Shown here in pieces: positions 14,101-28,087 of a stretch of DNA of 64,000 nucleotides. Source of the DNA: Octopus sinensis (Eukaryota); NCBI RefSeq assembly GCF_006345805.1, contig NC_042999.1, forward strand, positions 125,674,001-125,738,000, given 5' to 3'. Position 1 is the first letter of the stretch, and each line of letters starts with the position of its first letter. A model generated the notes under the pieces. It ran no database searches. It was not told the origin of the DNA and was given only the letters and a program-made list of their open reading frames with translations. Position numbers and translations under genes: made by a program.

Positions 14101-16051
14101 GACAGCATGATTAACACATGATGCAAAGAAGGGTGGTGATAAGAAGATTCAAGCTATTAGGAGTGAGTGGGCCCCTTGGGCAGACAACTTTGTCAGAATG
14201 TTTTATAAACAAACTTGTGTTTCATGTGCTTATGATCTACTATTCCAGCTAGACCATTATCCTATCATCTTCAAGTACTCAGTTAACCATTTTATCACAG
14301 TTCTGTCAGGTAATTATTAGTGTCAGCAATGGCAACTATATACTGTGCAGAAGCCTGTGTAGTGTCAGTATATAGTATTATCTGGCATACAATTGGCAGA
14401 AGTACAACCAAATAATTTATGTGAATGGGTAAAGAGAAAATGACACAATGGTTGTCATAGATTATTTTGGTGTGAAACCACATCAAATTATTTTAAAGGT
14501 GCAACTGATGACATTTGAAAATCAGGTGACAATTGAATAAAAGCTTAACTACTTCATCTAATTGTTTTTCCAGATTAAACACTATAGCATATAGCTTCTT
14601 TCATTAACTCGGTTTTTTTTCAACTTGCATGCTTCATGCAAACCATTGATCAGTATGGTCATCACTTATGACTAAACTGCTTTCATGACTCATTTGCATT
14701 CAAATTTTCGCTTAAATTTATGTTATCCATCCAACATCATATCCACATTTATCTTCTAAGTGAAAATGCTAAACAGTATGAAACATATATAAACATAGCA
14801 CTGCTTACATGCATCTCATATTGTTTGTCTTTTATAGTTACATCTTTCCATGCTGTCATTCTTCTGTAACAAGTTCCTACATTGAAAATTGTCACTAAGT
14901 AACAAAATGTATGAACTACTTCCTGCAAACCTGGCGAGTAGTCTATGATTCTAAGTTTATGGATGCCAATGCCACTATTTATACCACTATTATGGGTTCT
15001 AGATGTTCTTGCTACTAAACTGCTTATTTTTCCACATTTCAGACTTCTTTACTGCTTTTTAATTTACTCTCAATGAGAATTGAGAATCGTGCTCAGTCAT
15101 TCAATATTTTAAAAGCATTGGTGGAATAACTTCTCAATGAACCAGACCCTAGTTTCACCTCTGCTTCATTTTCACTTGAAATATTTTCAGAGTCTATTCA
15201 TCACCATGTAGAGTTAATACTGCACAATAAAATAAAACATGCCATGTTCTGTAGAAAAAAAACCCCAGAAAAGTTATATTTTTAAAGTCATACTACTTTT
15301 ATTTTTCCATGATGGGATAATTTTGTAAATATGGATATTTACAGATTCTGGAGGAAGTGTATATTACAATCAAATGCCCTTAGTATTGTTAATCACAAAA
15401 CCTTTTATGCCACCTTTTTTCCAGTTAGGCAAGAGAGAACAAGTAGGATAAGGTTAAGAACTAATTGAATTACATAATTTCCTCATACCTATCCACATAT
15501 AAACTGATCTCAATAAAGTAAAAGCATTGGAACAATTTTTTAACAGCTAAACAAACTAGGAGTTAATGAACTTTGCCAAACCATAAATAATTAAATTTAT
15601 CATCATGGTGACAAATTCTCAATTGTTTTCTTTATGTTGTTAGTTAAACATGTTAACTTTTGCAATATCACTGCCCTCAACAGCAATGATTTTCTTGCTG
15701 AATATAAAACAAAATGGACATTAAGCAGACTTGAGTTATTTCAAGATGAAGGGAGTATATCATTAAAAAAAAAAAGAAAAAAGCTCTATTACTGAAAAGG
15801 AATAATTCATGCTAAAATTAGTAAATGTATATACTTAACAAAATAGATTTCAATGTTATTTATTAGGTGTGAATGGAACAACTAAAACATTGTAGAAAGA
15901 ATGACAAACTTCAATATTACCTTCTAACAAAATATAAATAAGTATATATATATATATTATATATATATATAAATAAATCATTACTAAACAATTGGGATAT
16001 TAAGCATTAATGTTTAAACAAACTAAGAGAATACAAAAAAAAATATTAATT

Positions 16052-16402
16052 TGGCCGATGCCAGCGCCGCCTAGACTGGTTTCTGTGCCGGTGGCATGTA
16101 AAAAGCACTATCCGAATCGTGGCCAATGCCAGTGCCGCCTTGACTGGCTTCCGTGCCGGTGGCACGTAAAAAGCACCATCCGAATTGTGGCCGATGCCAG
16201 CCTCGCCTGGCACCTGTGCAGGTGGCACGTAAAAAACATCCAATACACTCACAGAGTGGTTGGCGTTAGGAAGGGCATCAAGCTGTAGAAACACTGCCAG
16301 ATCAGACTGGAGCCTGGTGCAGCCTTCTGGCTTCCCAGATCCCTGGTTGAACCGTCCAACCCATGCTAGCATGGAGAACGGACATTAAACGATGATGATG
16401 AT
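16052..16402 (+). mobile_element. 5'-truncated RTE LINE 3'UTR (three hairpin units plus tail)
   Basis: GTGCCGGTGGCAC-containing units followed by the conserved tail and (GAT)n. Confidence 0.9.
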
Positions 16403-16810
16403 CAAACCATAAACTCTCTGTATAAATAGGTAATTAATATAAGATTACAAACTTATGAAGTCATATTTGTTCTTTGATTTCAAAACATGTCTGGAAATAT
16501 GTAAGGAGCCTCATGTCAACTGTGTAAAATAATGCATGAAAGATAACATGGAATTATGTTATTCCTTTATTCCTTCTTTCTACAACAACTAGGAGAAAGA
16601 TGAAAACACTGTGTTCAACAAATTGTCCATGAAAAACAAGTTATTCAATTAATTCTATATATGTTTTAACAGATACACCATCTTTTTTTTTTATGTTTAA
16701 AGTGTAGTTACATTCTACCTACAATGACCAGCTTTAGACTTGCCATATATAAATGTTCAGGGAGAATACTAGCATATACCATAACTATTATGAATATTCC
16801 CTAAGTGATC

Positions 16811-17190
16811 TTTTATTCGTTTGTCATTTGACTGCGGCCATATGCTGGAGCACTATCATGTGGAGTTTTAGTTGAACAAATCGACCCCAGGACTTATTTT
16901 TTAAGTCTAGTACTTATTCTCACCATCTCTTTTGCTGAACTGCTAAGTTACAGGAACGTAAACACACCAAGTGATGGGGGTACAAACAGATACAAAGATA
17001 CACATATAGATATATACATATATAAACGATGGGCTTCTTTCAGTTTCTATCTACCAAATCCATTCACGAGGCTTTGGTTAGCCTGAGGCTATGATGAAAG
17101 ACACTTGCCCAAGGTGCCACGCAGTGGGATTGAACCCAGAACCATGTGGTTGGGAAAACAAGCTTCTTACCATACAGCCACACCTGTACC
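16811..17190 (-). mobile_element. SINE family A, near full length
   Basis: Reverse-complement match to 31255-31662, covering head, microsatellite and 3' body. Confidence 0.85.
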
Positions 17191-20100
17191 TTGTGATCTA
17201 TACACCTGTAACAATTCCGCCCTCATACTGCAACATGTTTAGATATATGTCATAATCTGACCTGATACCAGTTGCTTGCCTGTTTAGATTTATTCTATTA
17301 TGTACAAAAATATGTTTTTTATAAATATTCTAATGGTGGTGCCCCAGCATGGCCTCAGCTCTTGAGCTGAAACAAGTAAAAATAAAAAATAATCATTTGC
17401 AGTAATTGATATTTGAAACTCAAACTTTTGCTTCTATTTTGAACCCTTAGCAAATAATTTACAGAAATGACTAAAACGCATACAATTCAAAGTATTACTT
17501 TAGTTGGGGTATTATAAAATACTATAGATTGTCCTTCTTAATACTAGAATGAACAACTAAAGATCTGAGTTAAGCCAACTCCTTAAAATTGTTATAAGAT
17601 ATAAAGGAACAATTGCTTTCAAATATCAACAAGCAAGGATCTGTTTTGATGTAATTATATCAGTTGTCACCTTTTTTTTCTGAACTTCCCCCACTCTTAC
17701 TAATTCACCATCCAGATTTTCACCCCCACCCCACATATGACAAGTAATCTCATATACAAATGCAATTTATCATATAACATTTAATATTAATAGCTTAGCA
17801 CTCTTAAAATCAGCATTAAGGAACATACATCTAGCAAAAATTTATGAATTTTTCAAACCAAAAACAAGTTCCTCATTGGAATGCAAAAATTTCTCTTTAG
17901 AATCCTAAACCTCAACCCTAGTCAAGTGTTGCAGCATTAGACAATACTGACATTGTTATTCTGTTGTAGTTTACTTAGCTGTAACTGTGAATATAACCAT
18001 ATGAACAAATCATTACAATCTATTTACCATTTTCTATAAAATGATATACTTAGAAACAATTATCATTCTTCAGGTTACCTTATCACAATCCTAACTTATG
18101 TACTCAAGTCAACAAAACCATAGGTACTGCTTTTTTTAAATTCCATCTTTTATTATATTTAACACTGTCTGAGGATTGTTTTTAAAGCAAACTATGTGCA
18201 CAAAGGAAAAAAATGTCAATACCAACTTCAACAAAATCATCAGTATCAACATGGAATTTTGAAACTATCACCATCAACATTATTAGTATTAGGAAACTCA
18301 ACAATTGTTTGAACACCAAGCTAACCCTTTTTCAAGATAGTTTGGGAAGTATATTTTCAAAGATCTTAAATTTGGAAAGCCAACTCAATAGACTCTATTG
18401 AATCATTGACTGAATGTGCTAGTCTGGACTCGTACTCTACAAGAAAGTTAATAATTTGTGTTTTTAATTATCAGTGAATTGAAAACTTGTTTGCTAAGAG
18501 AGATAAGCAAAGCAGGAGGTGAATGGTATAAAAATACAAAGCTGAAATTACTACAGCTAGCAGTAATATTGTTCAAAATAATAATTAGGAAAAACAATTT
18601 GCAATTTTATGGAGACAGCATGGGGTGTGGTAGACCCCGCCACCACCACTATCAGACAAATTGCAAACTGGAATAGACCTTTATATAAATGAGAGTTTTA
18701 GTGCTAAGTATGTCTGGAATTGGCTTTGAAGGGAATTTCAGCGACTACCTAGAATAGACCAACTAAATGTAGAAAATAAGTTTCCAGCTTGGATTTTTGC
18801 GTTCTTTCAAATGGTATGTAAAATTGCAATGCATCTCTATCAATGTATGGGTAGCATTAGCCTGGATTTGTTAGGGTTCAAATGATTATCTAATTAAATA
18901 TTCTGAAAATACTGATGGATAATTAGAATGCTAGAAAATATTAATGTCACAGCTTTGATATTATTTGTGTCAGCTTTGACATTAGTATATAAAAACCATA
19001 CCATATGCTTTGAAAGTGCCAAATACCTTATGACAACAACTATTTGTTATAATAGACCATACGATGAACATTAATCATAATATATATATAATTATTATTA
19101 CTTTAGCCTTGGTATATTGTTCAATACATTTTCATTTCAAAGTTTTTCATATGGATGTACTTACCTAAATTTTTTAAAAATCCAAAAATTTCATACTTGA
19201 ATTAGAAATGAACAAATGAGAAATACTGTGCGAAGAGGATGTTGTAGGTGAAATTACCTATCTACAGTTAAGTCATCTCAGAAAGCTTGAAATTTTTCAA
19301 CCAAATGAGAGGGAAGCATGTTTTATAGTTAATCATATTTATTGATATGCCAGACGTTCTATATCTGAAGACGTAGTTCTTTCACCATGCAGCCACCATT
19401 CACACACAGCAAGTTATATTTATAAACACCCTTTCAGATGGATTGTGTTGAAGTTTTAACATATTGGATCATTTCTAAAAACGTCACAGACAAAAACGGG
19501 AACCATATATTAGGTTTCATTCTTTCCTGGAACAGAGTATTCTATAAATTTTAACCTTTTTGGAAGATAACTTCATAGTTAATATTTCCTTAGACTTCTA
19601 CTGTCTCAAACCAGTAGAATCTACAAGTAGAAAACAGTCTTTAAGGATAGGTAAATTTACGTTTTTATCTGTTTTATTTAACTGAAGGATGTAGTTTCCA
19701 TATTCAAATGAGATCTAAATAATTCAAGAATCATGTAGTCTGACAAATTCAAAAACAATTCACTTGCCATATTACATTATGATCCATATTTTAATTAAAA
19801 TTCGAATCAGGACAGTGTTATCTAGATTAAAAAAATATATCAAATTTCAATATCTTTGTCATACACGACTTTAGTTACATTTCTGTAATGTAATTTAATT
19901 CCGTTATAGAAAATATAATCAATTTTACCTGAAATCACGATACTTGACAGTCCACCCTTGTATGTGTGTGCGATAGAAAGGGGGTGTATTAGTGCTTCTG
20001 TCCGACTCTGCGACACATTGGATTATGAAAATATTTTCTATTTGCTTTTTACCCACAAATGTTACCTTCCACAACACCTAATAAGAGACAATCTCTTAAC

Positions 20101-23100
20101 ATTTATTTTCACCTTATTGTTTTCCAGTTCAAAGAGCTTACATAAATATACACAATCTTTATACAATAAAGATTCTATTCATTCTAACTCCAACAATTTT
20201 CAACCACTCCTTGTCCATACACACAAGCTTCATTAATTCTATTGATATCCTCTACGTCTGCACACTTAGTAATTTTATATAATCAGCGACTAAGGTTAAA
20301 ATCGTATAATCATAAAAGATTTCAGTCAACATGATTTTCAAATATAAATACGATATAAGAAAAAATGGTAATTCCGTTGTAATGTATGGAAATATATTCG
20401 AAGCTGAAAAATATTTCTTCAACTTTCAATTAAAATTGAAAAACAAATCACGAGTTTCTTCAAGACCCTTGTTATACTGCATTAAAGACAAAACGCCAAT
20501 TAGAAATACAATAAATAGATTGTATTTAACAAGAAAATAACCAGTAAAAACACTTGAATGTCGGTGTACACCTATACACAGCAACAGATAACGTATAGTA
20601 AATACAAAGAACATTAGTGTAAAACAAAAACAGCACAAATTCAATCGAATTGACAAATTAAATTATTACCAAGCTCTTTCAATGAAGGTTTTCGCAAATG
20701 TTGGCCTGATAAACGAGAGGAGATAATAATTCAGATTAAAAGGTAGTAGAATATTAGGTGTAGCAAGATTAAAAATGTTTTGTTGTAATCCTCGACTAAA
20801 TACGGTTTGCTGGAAAGCTGCAAGAACAAGACTTGTAGAATTATTGCGTAAAGCGACCCTTCCTAATTCGAACGTAAGCTTAAATAGACCAAAGAGAGAA
20901 AGAATTGTAAATTCTGAGCTAGAATATACTATATAGCGCAGATAATGATGATGGTGATTACAGGCCTACCTTTATCAATTTAGTCTAAAGTTAAATTATT
21001 AGCAGCTTTCTTCAGCTGATCAGTCATAAAAATATCTTAACATATAAGATGAGGTTGAAGATGTGTCTACTGTAGTAAGCTGACGTGTAGAAAGCGGGTT
21101 TCACTAACAAAAGATAAAGAAAAGAAAATTGCTTTACAAGGTTGAGGAAGGAACAGGTTTTTTTTTCTTCAACATCTCGTAAAAGCTCACCAAATAGTTA
21201 AAGCAATGGTTACTACAGCCAAATTAGAATTTTATACTACATATAATTATCGTTCTTTTCCGGGTGGGAGAAAGTATGTGGATCTCTTGTAGACAAAGAA
21301 ATTACGATTCCACCATAAATCAAATTAATAAAACAACAACAAAAACCGATTATTATTAAGATATAACACTGAACTGTTACATGACCCATGGGTTACATTT
21401 ATTAATTATTATCATTTTCTTTTTTCTTTTGCTCTGAAGAGTAAAGTTATCTCTGAAATATTTTCTAAACACCAAAGATAAAAAATATTAAACATCGAAG
21501 ACCGATTATGTTGTTGTTAACATATTTAGAGAGCAATTGTGGATGGCATGAACATAAAACTAGACACTGGCACATCAAGAGATGTAAATGGTAGGGCTGT
21601 TATTTCTCTTGGTCGACACAATTCTATCTCAACAGAAAGACGATCGATGTTAGGATTAAGATAAGCGTTTAGTGAAAATTAAAGATGACCTTGACGTGCG
21701 TAGTAATCAAAACTTTAAACAGGAAAAGGTTTACTGAATTCGAGGGATATAATGGGCGTGTCTATATGGAAGATTGCAATGTCTCAATGTTAAAAACAGC
21801 GACGAAATGTAATCTATTAAGATAGAGGCATAGTTATATACACGCATGTGTGTGTATCCGAATCGCTTTTCAGATTAATCTGTACGGCTTAATAAGAAAT
21901 AAAGTCAAATATGTTGCTAAATATGACCAGTATTCGTGACGAAGCCCCCACAAAAAACTAATTAAATGCAATATGTGGGAACTGGAAGCACCGACTGCTA
22001 TAGTGACATGAAAAACACACACACATTTATATATGTATATATATGAACAAATGAGGGGAGGTCATGAAACATAATATTAAGTCTGATATCGATGATTTAG
22101 AAGATATACACAAGAGAGGGGCGATAACAAAAATTGTGACAAAAAAATAAAGCATCTACACTAAATTAATTGAAGGTATTTAGGAAAAACCTAGTTTCAA
22201 CACATTTTTTGTTATATTTCGTCATAACACTAGAATGATTGTCTATTTCAATGAAAAATATACATCGGTGAATACACAAAACATACGTAGAAATACATGC
22301 ACAGAATAATTCTACACTGAATGGGACGGTAAGACGCAAACCGACAGGTGTCAGATTAAGAAATCAACCATATACAGTAATAATTCTGAAAGGTGGCACC
22401 AACCTTTTGAGTTGATGTAATCTAATAAAGTACACAGCAATAGTCTAGTCGTAAGCAACGTCCCTGACAGTTTATTTCTGCTCCACTAAGCGTTATCGTC
22501 GCTCAGCGAGGAATGCTCCAATCTCCTATACTACAACTCATCCAATATGGCTACCTAAAGATCGAATAGTTACTTACTCTCGCTTCCGAAAGAGTAAACT
22601 ACGGGAAATCCAGGCTTGTATACTCTCTATGTCGTTTGTCTTCTGTATCCTAGATGGATGCGCAAGAGCTTTAGTCCAGTTCCAAAATAATGAAGTATCT
22701 CGCCAACATGTAAAAAAAACAAACGTTGTCTGAGTGTGTGGCTAGGTATATATATAGTTATATATGTGTGCGTGCGTGTGTTAATAATAATCAGTGTCAA
22801 AATTGGTTCGGTCGACCCGTGGCAAATAATCGTGATGTCATTGACAGTAGTGACATCTAATAAACAAAGAGAACCAAGGGGGAATAACTGGCTTTCCAAG
22901 TGATCGCCACCAATTTATACAACATTCTTCTAAAAGCAACTTGTGTGGGCCGAGCAAGTATAATCTTCTTATCTTCTCTATTATATTTTACAATGAATGA
23001 AATTTATTTCAAAAAATTTTAAGTATTGCTGTCGTGTTTTTGAGGAGATTAACAATGTACGACTTGGAATCCGAAAGTGAAAAACCGGAAGAGACAACAA

Positions 23101-25997
23101 TAAAATTGAAAAGAACTGAAAAATTGATAACACTCACATACATATACACGCGCCTGCGCATACACCTCTACACTCAGCTATGTACATATACAGACTTGTA
23201 TGTAAACACAAGCGAACATACATGCGTATATATATATAAAGCTATGCAAACAAAATTATGCAACGCCACACACATATTTATTTCTCTGGTCTTTGTCATA
23301 TGTGCACTTGATAAGCACACGTACACTGCCTTATGGTTCATAAGTTCGCTTTGCAATCACGAAATTTCTGGTTCGATTCCACTTTGGAGCATCTTAGGCA
23401 AATATTTGTTATTTATAATAATGTGCCGATCCAAACCTTGAGGGAAATTTGCTACGTTCAAACTATATTGAAGCCTTTCAAGTGAACTGTACCTGTAATT
23501 AAAAGGCCCAACCCTGTTGCACATTATTTCCCGCTGATTCTGCTTGAGAATTATAGTACCTGTAAAATATTCAGCCACCTCGCAAACTAATTCGAATGGG
23601 AAAGTAGTTCGGTTGGTCAAACAATGAAAGCCCATTGACAAAATTGATAGAGATCCTATTTTATCATGTACACAGCCACATGTACAACTAAACTAATATT
23701 CAAGCTTATTACAGACACACACATTCATACCTACAAACGAGTGCGGCTGCGTAAGGCCACTCGGTACACCAGAAGCAGCAGTCAAATGCTGAAGTCACAC
23801 CCCGACTTTTTATGAACAAAAGGTCACACGTAAGACAATGTTCTTAATCTACAAGATTGTCCTTGATTACGAGTCTGTTCAGTAAGGACTAATCTAGAAC
23901 TAAACAACAAGAGAAACAAGCGCATACATGTAATTAGTGATGATAAGCAGGTCAGTAGTAACAACATATGAGGTTGGAGGAGAAACAATCGAAATGGTTA
24001 GTGATATGGAATCAATTATATTGGTGGAGATGGAGAAATGAAGTAAAGGCAAGGACTAGGAAGATGTAAGATACTCGTTAATACCTGTGGGTAAGGAAGA
24101 GCCTTGAGTGAATATTAGGTTTTTTTTTTCAGTGTTTGCAGATGAAGTAGAAGCATAACGTAAGAAAACTCCACACACAGATGATCAAAGAAATGGGTTG
24201 GTGAATTGAAATTGGGTTTTATTCCAAACCTCATGAAGGTTACTGTGTAAGGGATCACAAAACCAGTGTTTCTCATGAAGTAGGAGGTAGGGGTCTGAGA
24301 AGATTGAAAAGTGGGTTGGCAAATTAAAACCACCTTAATAAAATCAATGTGCTTTTAAATTGCTTAACGTCTCCAGCACCATAGTGAAGAAAGAGTTCTC
24401 CATCCATCTTCTCTGTTCACTATTTTTTGGTGGGGCTGGGGTTGTGTGAGTAGAGTCCTGAGACACTGCTTCCATAGACACTATCAGAATCAACTGTTAT
24501 ACTTTCTGGCTGGATCCCCAAGTGTTACCAACAGAGGCCATGGATATTATCCAACCATCTCATTATTGGTCTACCATTAGGTCTCCTGCTGGTTGGCTCA
24601 GATTGAAGAATTCATCATGTGGTTCTTTCCTGCAACATTCTAATCACATAGATGCAAATTCTATTTTGTCCTCTTAATAAAGAGATGGGAAGAGGGGCAA
24701 AAATATTCCTAGTATTTGAGTGGGGGTTGTGGCTGGTATTTGTCAGTTTGATATGACTACTAACCTTAAAAACCAGTCTCACTTCTGTACAATATTATGA
24801 GGTTAGTGAAAGTACAATCCTAGTGGTTAGTGATATGAAATAAAATTTTTGGGCTAGTTATGAAGGAACAAATGAAACTTACAAAACAAAAAAAAATGTC
24901 AGAGTATCTATTATATGAAGGAGTGGTCAGGGAAATATGTTTCTTTTGAAAGGAGGGGGAAGATTAAGACATAGAAGAGCAGTTTAGTGGGTCAGAAATA
25001 AGGAAACAAAAGTTGAAGGTGTGACAGATTAGTAGGTGTAGAAAAGGGAAATCTATCTTTGGGGTGGGAGTGCACTTGAGGTAAAAGTGCAGAAGTTCTG
25101 TCAATGTCCTGAACTTGCTGGGGTCTGAAATTGATTGGAAAAGAAAATCTGAGTCTTTTCTAAGTATGATAGCCATCTTAGAGTGCAAGTAGGAAAAGTT
25201 GGAGTATGAGTTTAGCTTATAATGAACAAAGGTGAGTCATCACATTGAGTTCCCTACTAATTAAAGTTGGAAATAGATAATTTTTCAAAGTAAAGTTTAG
25301 ATTAGAATAGTTTATTTTTTAATAAGTCCATGAACAGTAATACTAATCAAATGTTGTTCAGTCAAGTTTACATCTATTCATTGTCACTGCTGAAAGAGGT
25401 ATTTTTGGTATGTTTTTCTCATTCAATCAGCTTTTCATTGTTGATCAATTCATGCTTCTTTTCATTTGACCTGTAATAAAATTTTGTAACATCCTTGAAA
25501 ATAACCAAACCAATCATGAAGCTCCTGGTTGATTTCATAACCTACTAGAAACAATAGCAATATCTCTTTCAAATTACCCTACTGTCTTTAAAAAGAAGGG
25601 CACATTGACAAATGATGTAGTCTTAGATGTATTGTTTATATAAGAGATGGGCTGGTCATGGTTGGAATGCTTTTGATTATAGATCTGCTACATTAAGCTA
25701 CTCTGAGGCTAAATATCAACTGAATGACAACAAAAGATGTCACTGGAGGGAAAGGTTTCAATGTTGTACACAATCTGAAGATGTATCTTGAATTTTCAAA
25801 TCTGAAAACTTCTCACAAGGTTTGTAAAATGTAATTTTAATAAAAAAGTTAAAAAGTGGAATCCAGTTGTTTATATGCACAGTTTATCAATATAGAAATA
25901 CAAAAAAATTCCTCTGTTGAATCTTTGTTTTTTTTAAGAATCTTCTCTATCTTATATTGGTTATTTATTATTTCACCTTTTCGGAATACATTGATAT

Positions 25998-26208
25998 TTA
26001 ATCCTTTAGCATTCACATTATCCTGTCATTCCCATTGTTTTGGATTAATCATGCATAGTCTTGTAGCTTTGAGAATTTGATGAGGTAACTGTTAATTTTC
26101 AGAATGATATTGTTGGGTTGGTGTGAGAAGCCACAACTGGCCAATTTGAACATAAAACAGGTAGAATATTTCAGCCAGATATTGTTGGTTTAAATGCTAA
26201 AGGGTTAA
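25998..26208 (-). mobile_element. piggyBac-type MITE
   Basis: TTAATCCTTTAGCATT...AATGCTAAAGGGTTAA termini. The interior is the reverse complement of 33096-33324. Confidence 0.75.
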
Positions 26209-26226
26209 ATAATTCTTTACTTTGTG

Positions 26227-26259
<33 letters not shown>

Positions 26260-26816
26260 TATATATATATGATTTTGATTTTGATTTTGATTTTTCCAGT
26301 TTCAGCTAATGAGCTGTGGCCATGCTGGGGCACCGCCATTTATATATAAATATATAAAAATAAATATTTACAATTTGTTAAAGATATATGTAATAATCAT
26401 GTTTAGATATTAATCGATAGATGATTTACCATGAAACATTTCCTGTGAACTGAAATTAATAGCAACTCTTTATTTTACTACTTGGATAATTTTACATTCC
26501 AATCAAACATGGAAAAATTACCATGAAGATATAAATGATTTCTGTTCAAATAATTTCATTTGCAGAGATGTCTTGAGAACAGATTTTACTTTTCTCTCAT
26601 TACAAGACAAGATTCTCTTATAAGACATCTTGAAATAATTATTCCTAGAAAATGATAAAATCCTAATGAATTCTCTTGTATGTAACTGTTTGCAGCATGC
26701 TCAGATGCTGACAAAAATCAGTTTATGCAAATATAAGTGAAAAAAATATTTATTTGGAATCAGATAGAAACCCTAACAAGAAAAATATCTATATATTATG
26801 GTAACAAAATAGTATA

Positions 26817-27445
<629 letters not shown>

Positions 27446-28087
27446 CAACCTCTTGTCACACTTCTGTATAATCGCAGATATATCTACATTGGTGAGATTA
27501 AGTTATCAGTAATATTTTTAATAAAAGCTTTTGTTCAGAATACTCATATTCCATTATAGAAGTTTCTAGAGAAAAGATACTATTGATAGTGTGGGCAGAT
27601 AACTGAGAAATGTATTTGTCCTAAATCTGAAATTACATTACCATACAGTTGAAATATAATACTCAAACTATAACAGAAAATATTTCATCACATCATATGT
27701 GATCGTGTATATATATATTCTAAATCTTATATGCATCCTTTCACATATGTATTAAATTTTCTTGTTAAGTTTACATTTTATATCCTATCATGAAAAGGAT
27801 TTAGTTGTTTGTAATTTCTTTTATAGCATGAATCAACTGTAATTTGATGGTTAAGCTGTATGTAAAATTGCATGTATCAATATCATCAACTTTTATTTGT
27901 ACAAGGTAAAAAATTCCATATATATATGCAGCACGGAATTTTGTCAGTGAACAGTTCGTGGTCTCAAAGCAACGAAAATATTTTGACAAATTAAATTTAA
28001 ATGTTGAAGTGAATCTAACGGTTTTTGTGTGTTTCTTAAATGGCTTATAAACACCTTCCATGCTGCAATTGTTTATATATATATATA

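Noticed and set aside
14050-14330. Possible piggyBac transposase remnant (DKKIQAIRSEW...)
   Set aside because: Similarity is too weak to support without a profile search.
19165-20970. NUMT (mitochondrial insertion) hypothesis for hydrophobic open frames
   Set aside because: Stops are TAA/TAG rather than only TGA, and I recognise no mitochondrial protein or rRNA motif.
23034-23441. 135-aa plus-strand ORF (MYDLESESEKPEE...)
   Set aside because: Runs into (TA)/(CA) low-complexity sequence and a degenerate SINE head. No recognisable domain.
23950-25230. Purine-rich block resembling a decayed retroelement
   Set aside because: No diagnostic RT or endonuclease motif could be read, so it is left unannotated.
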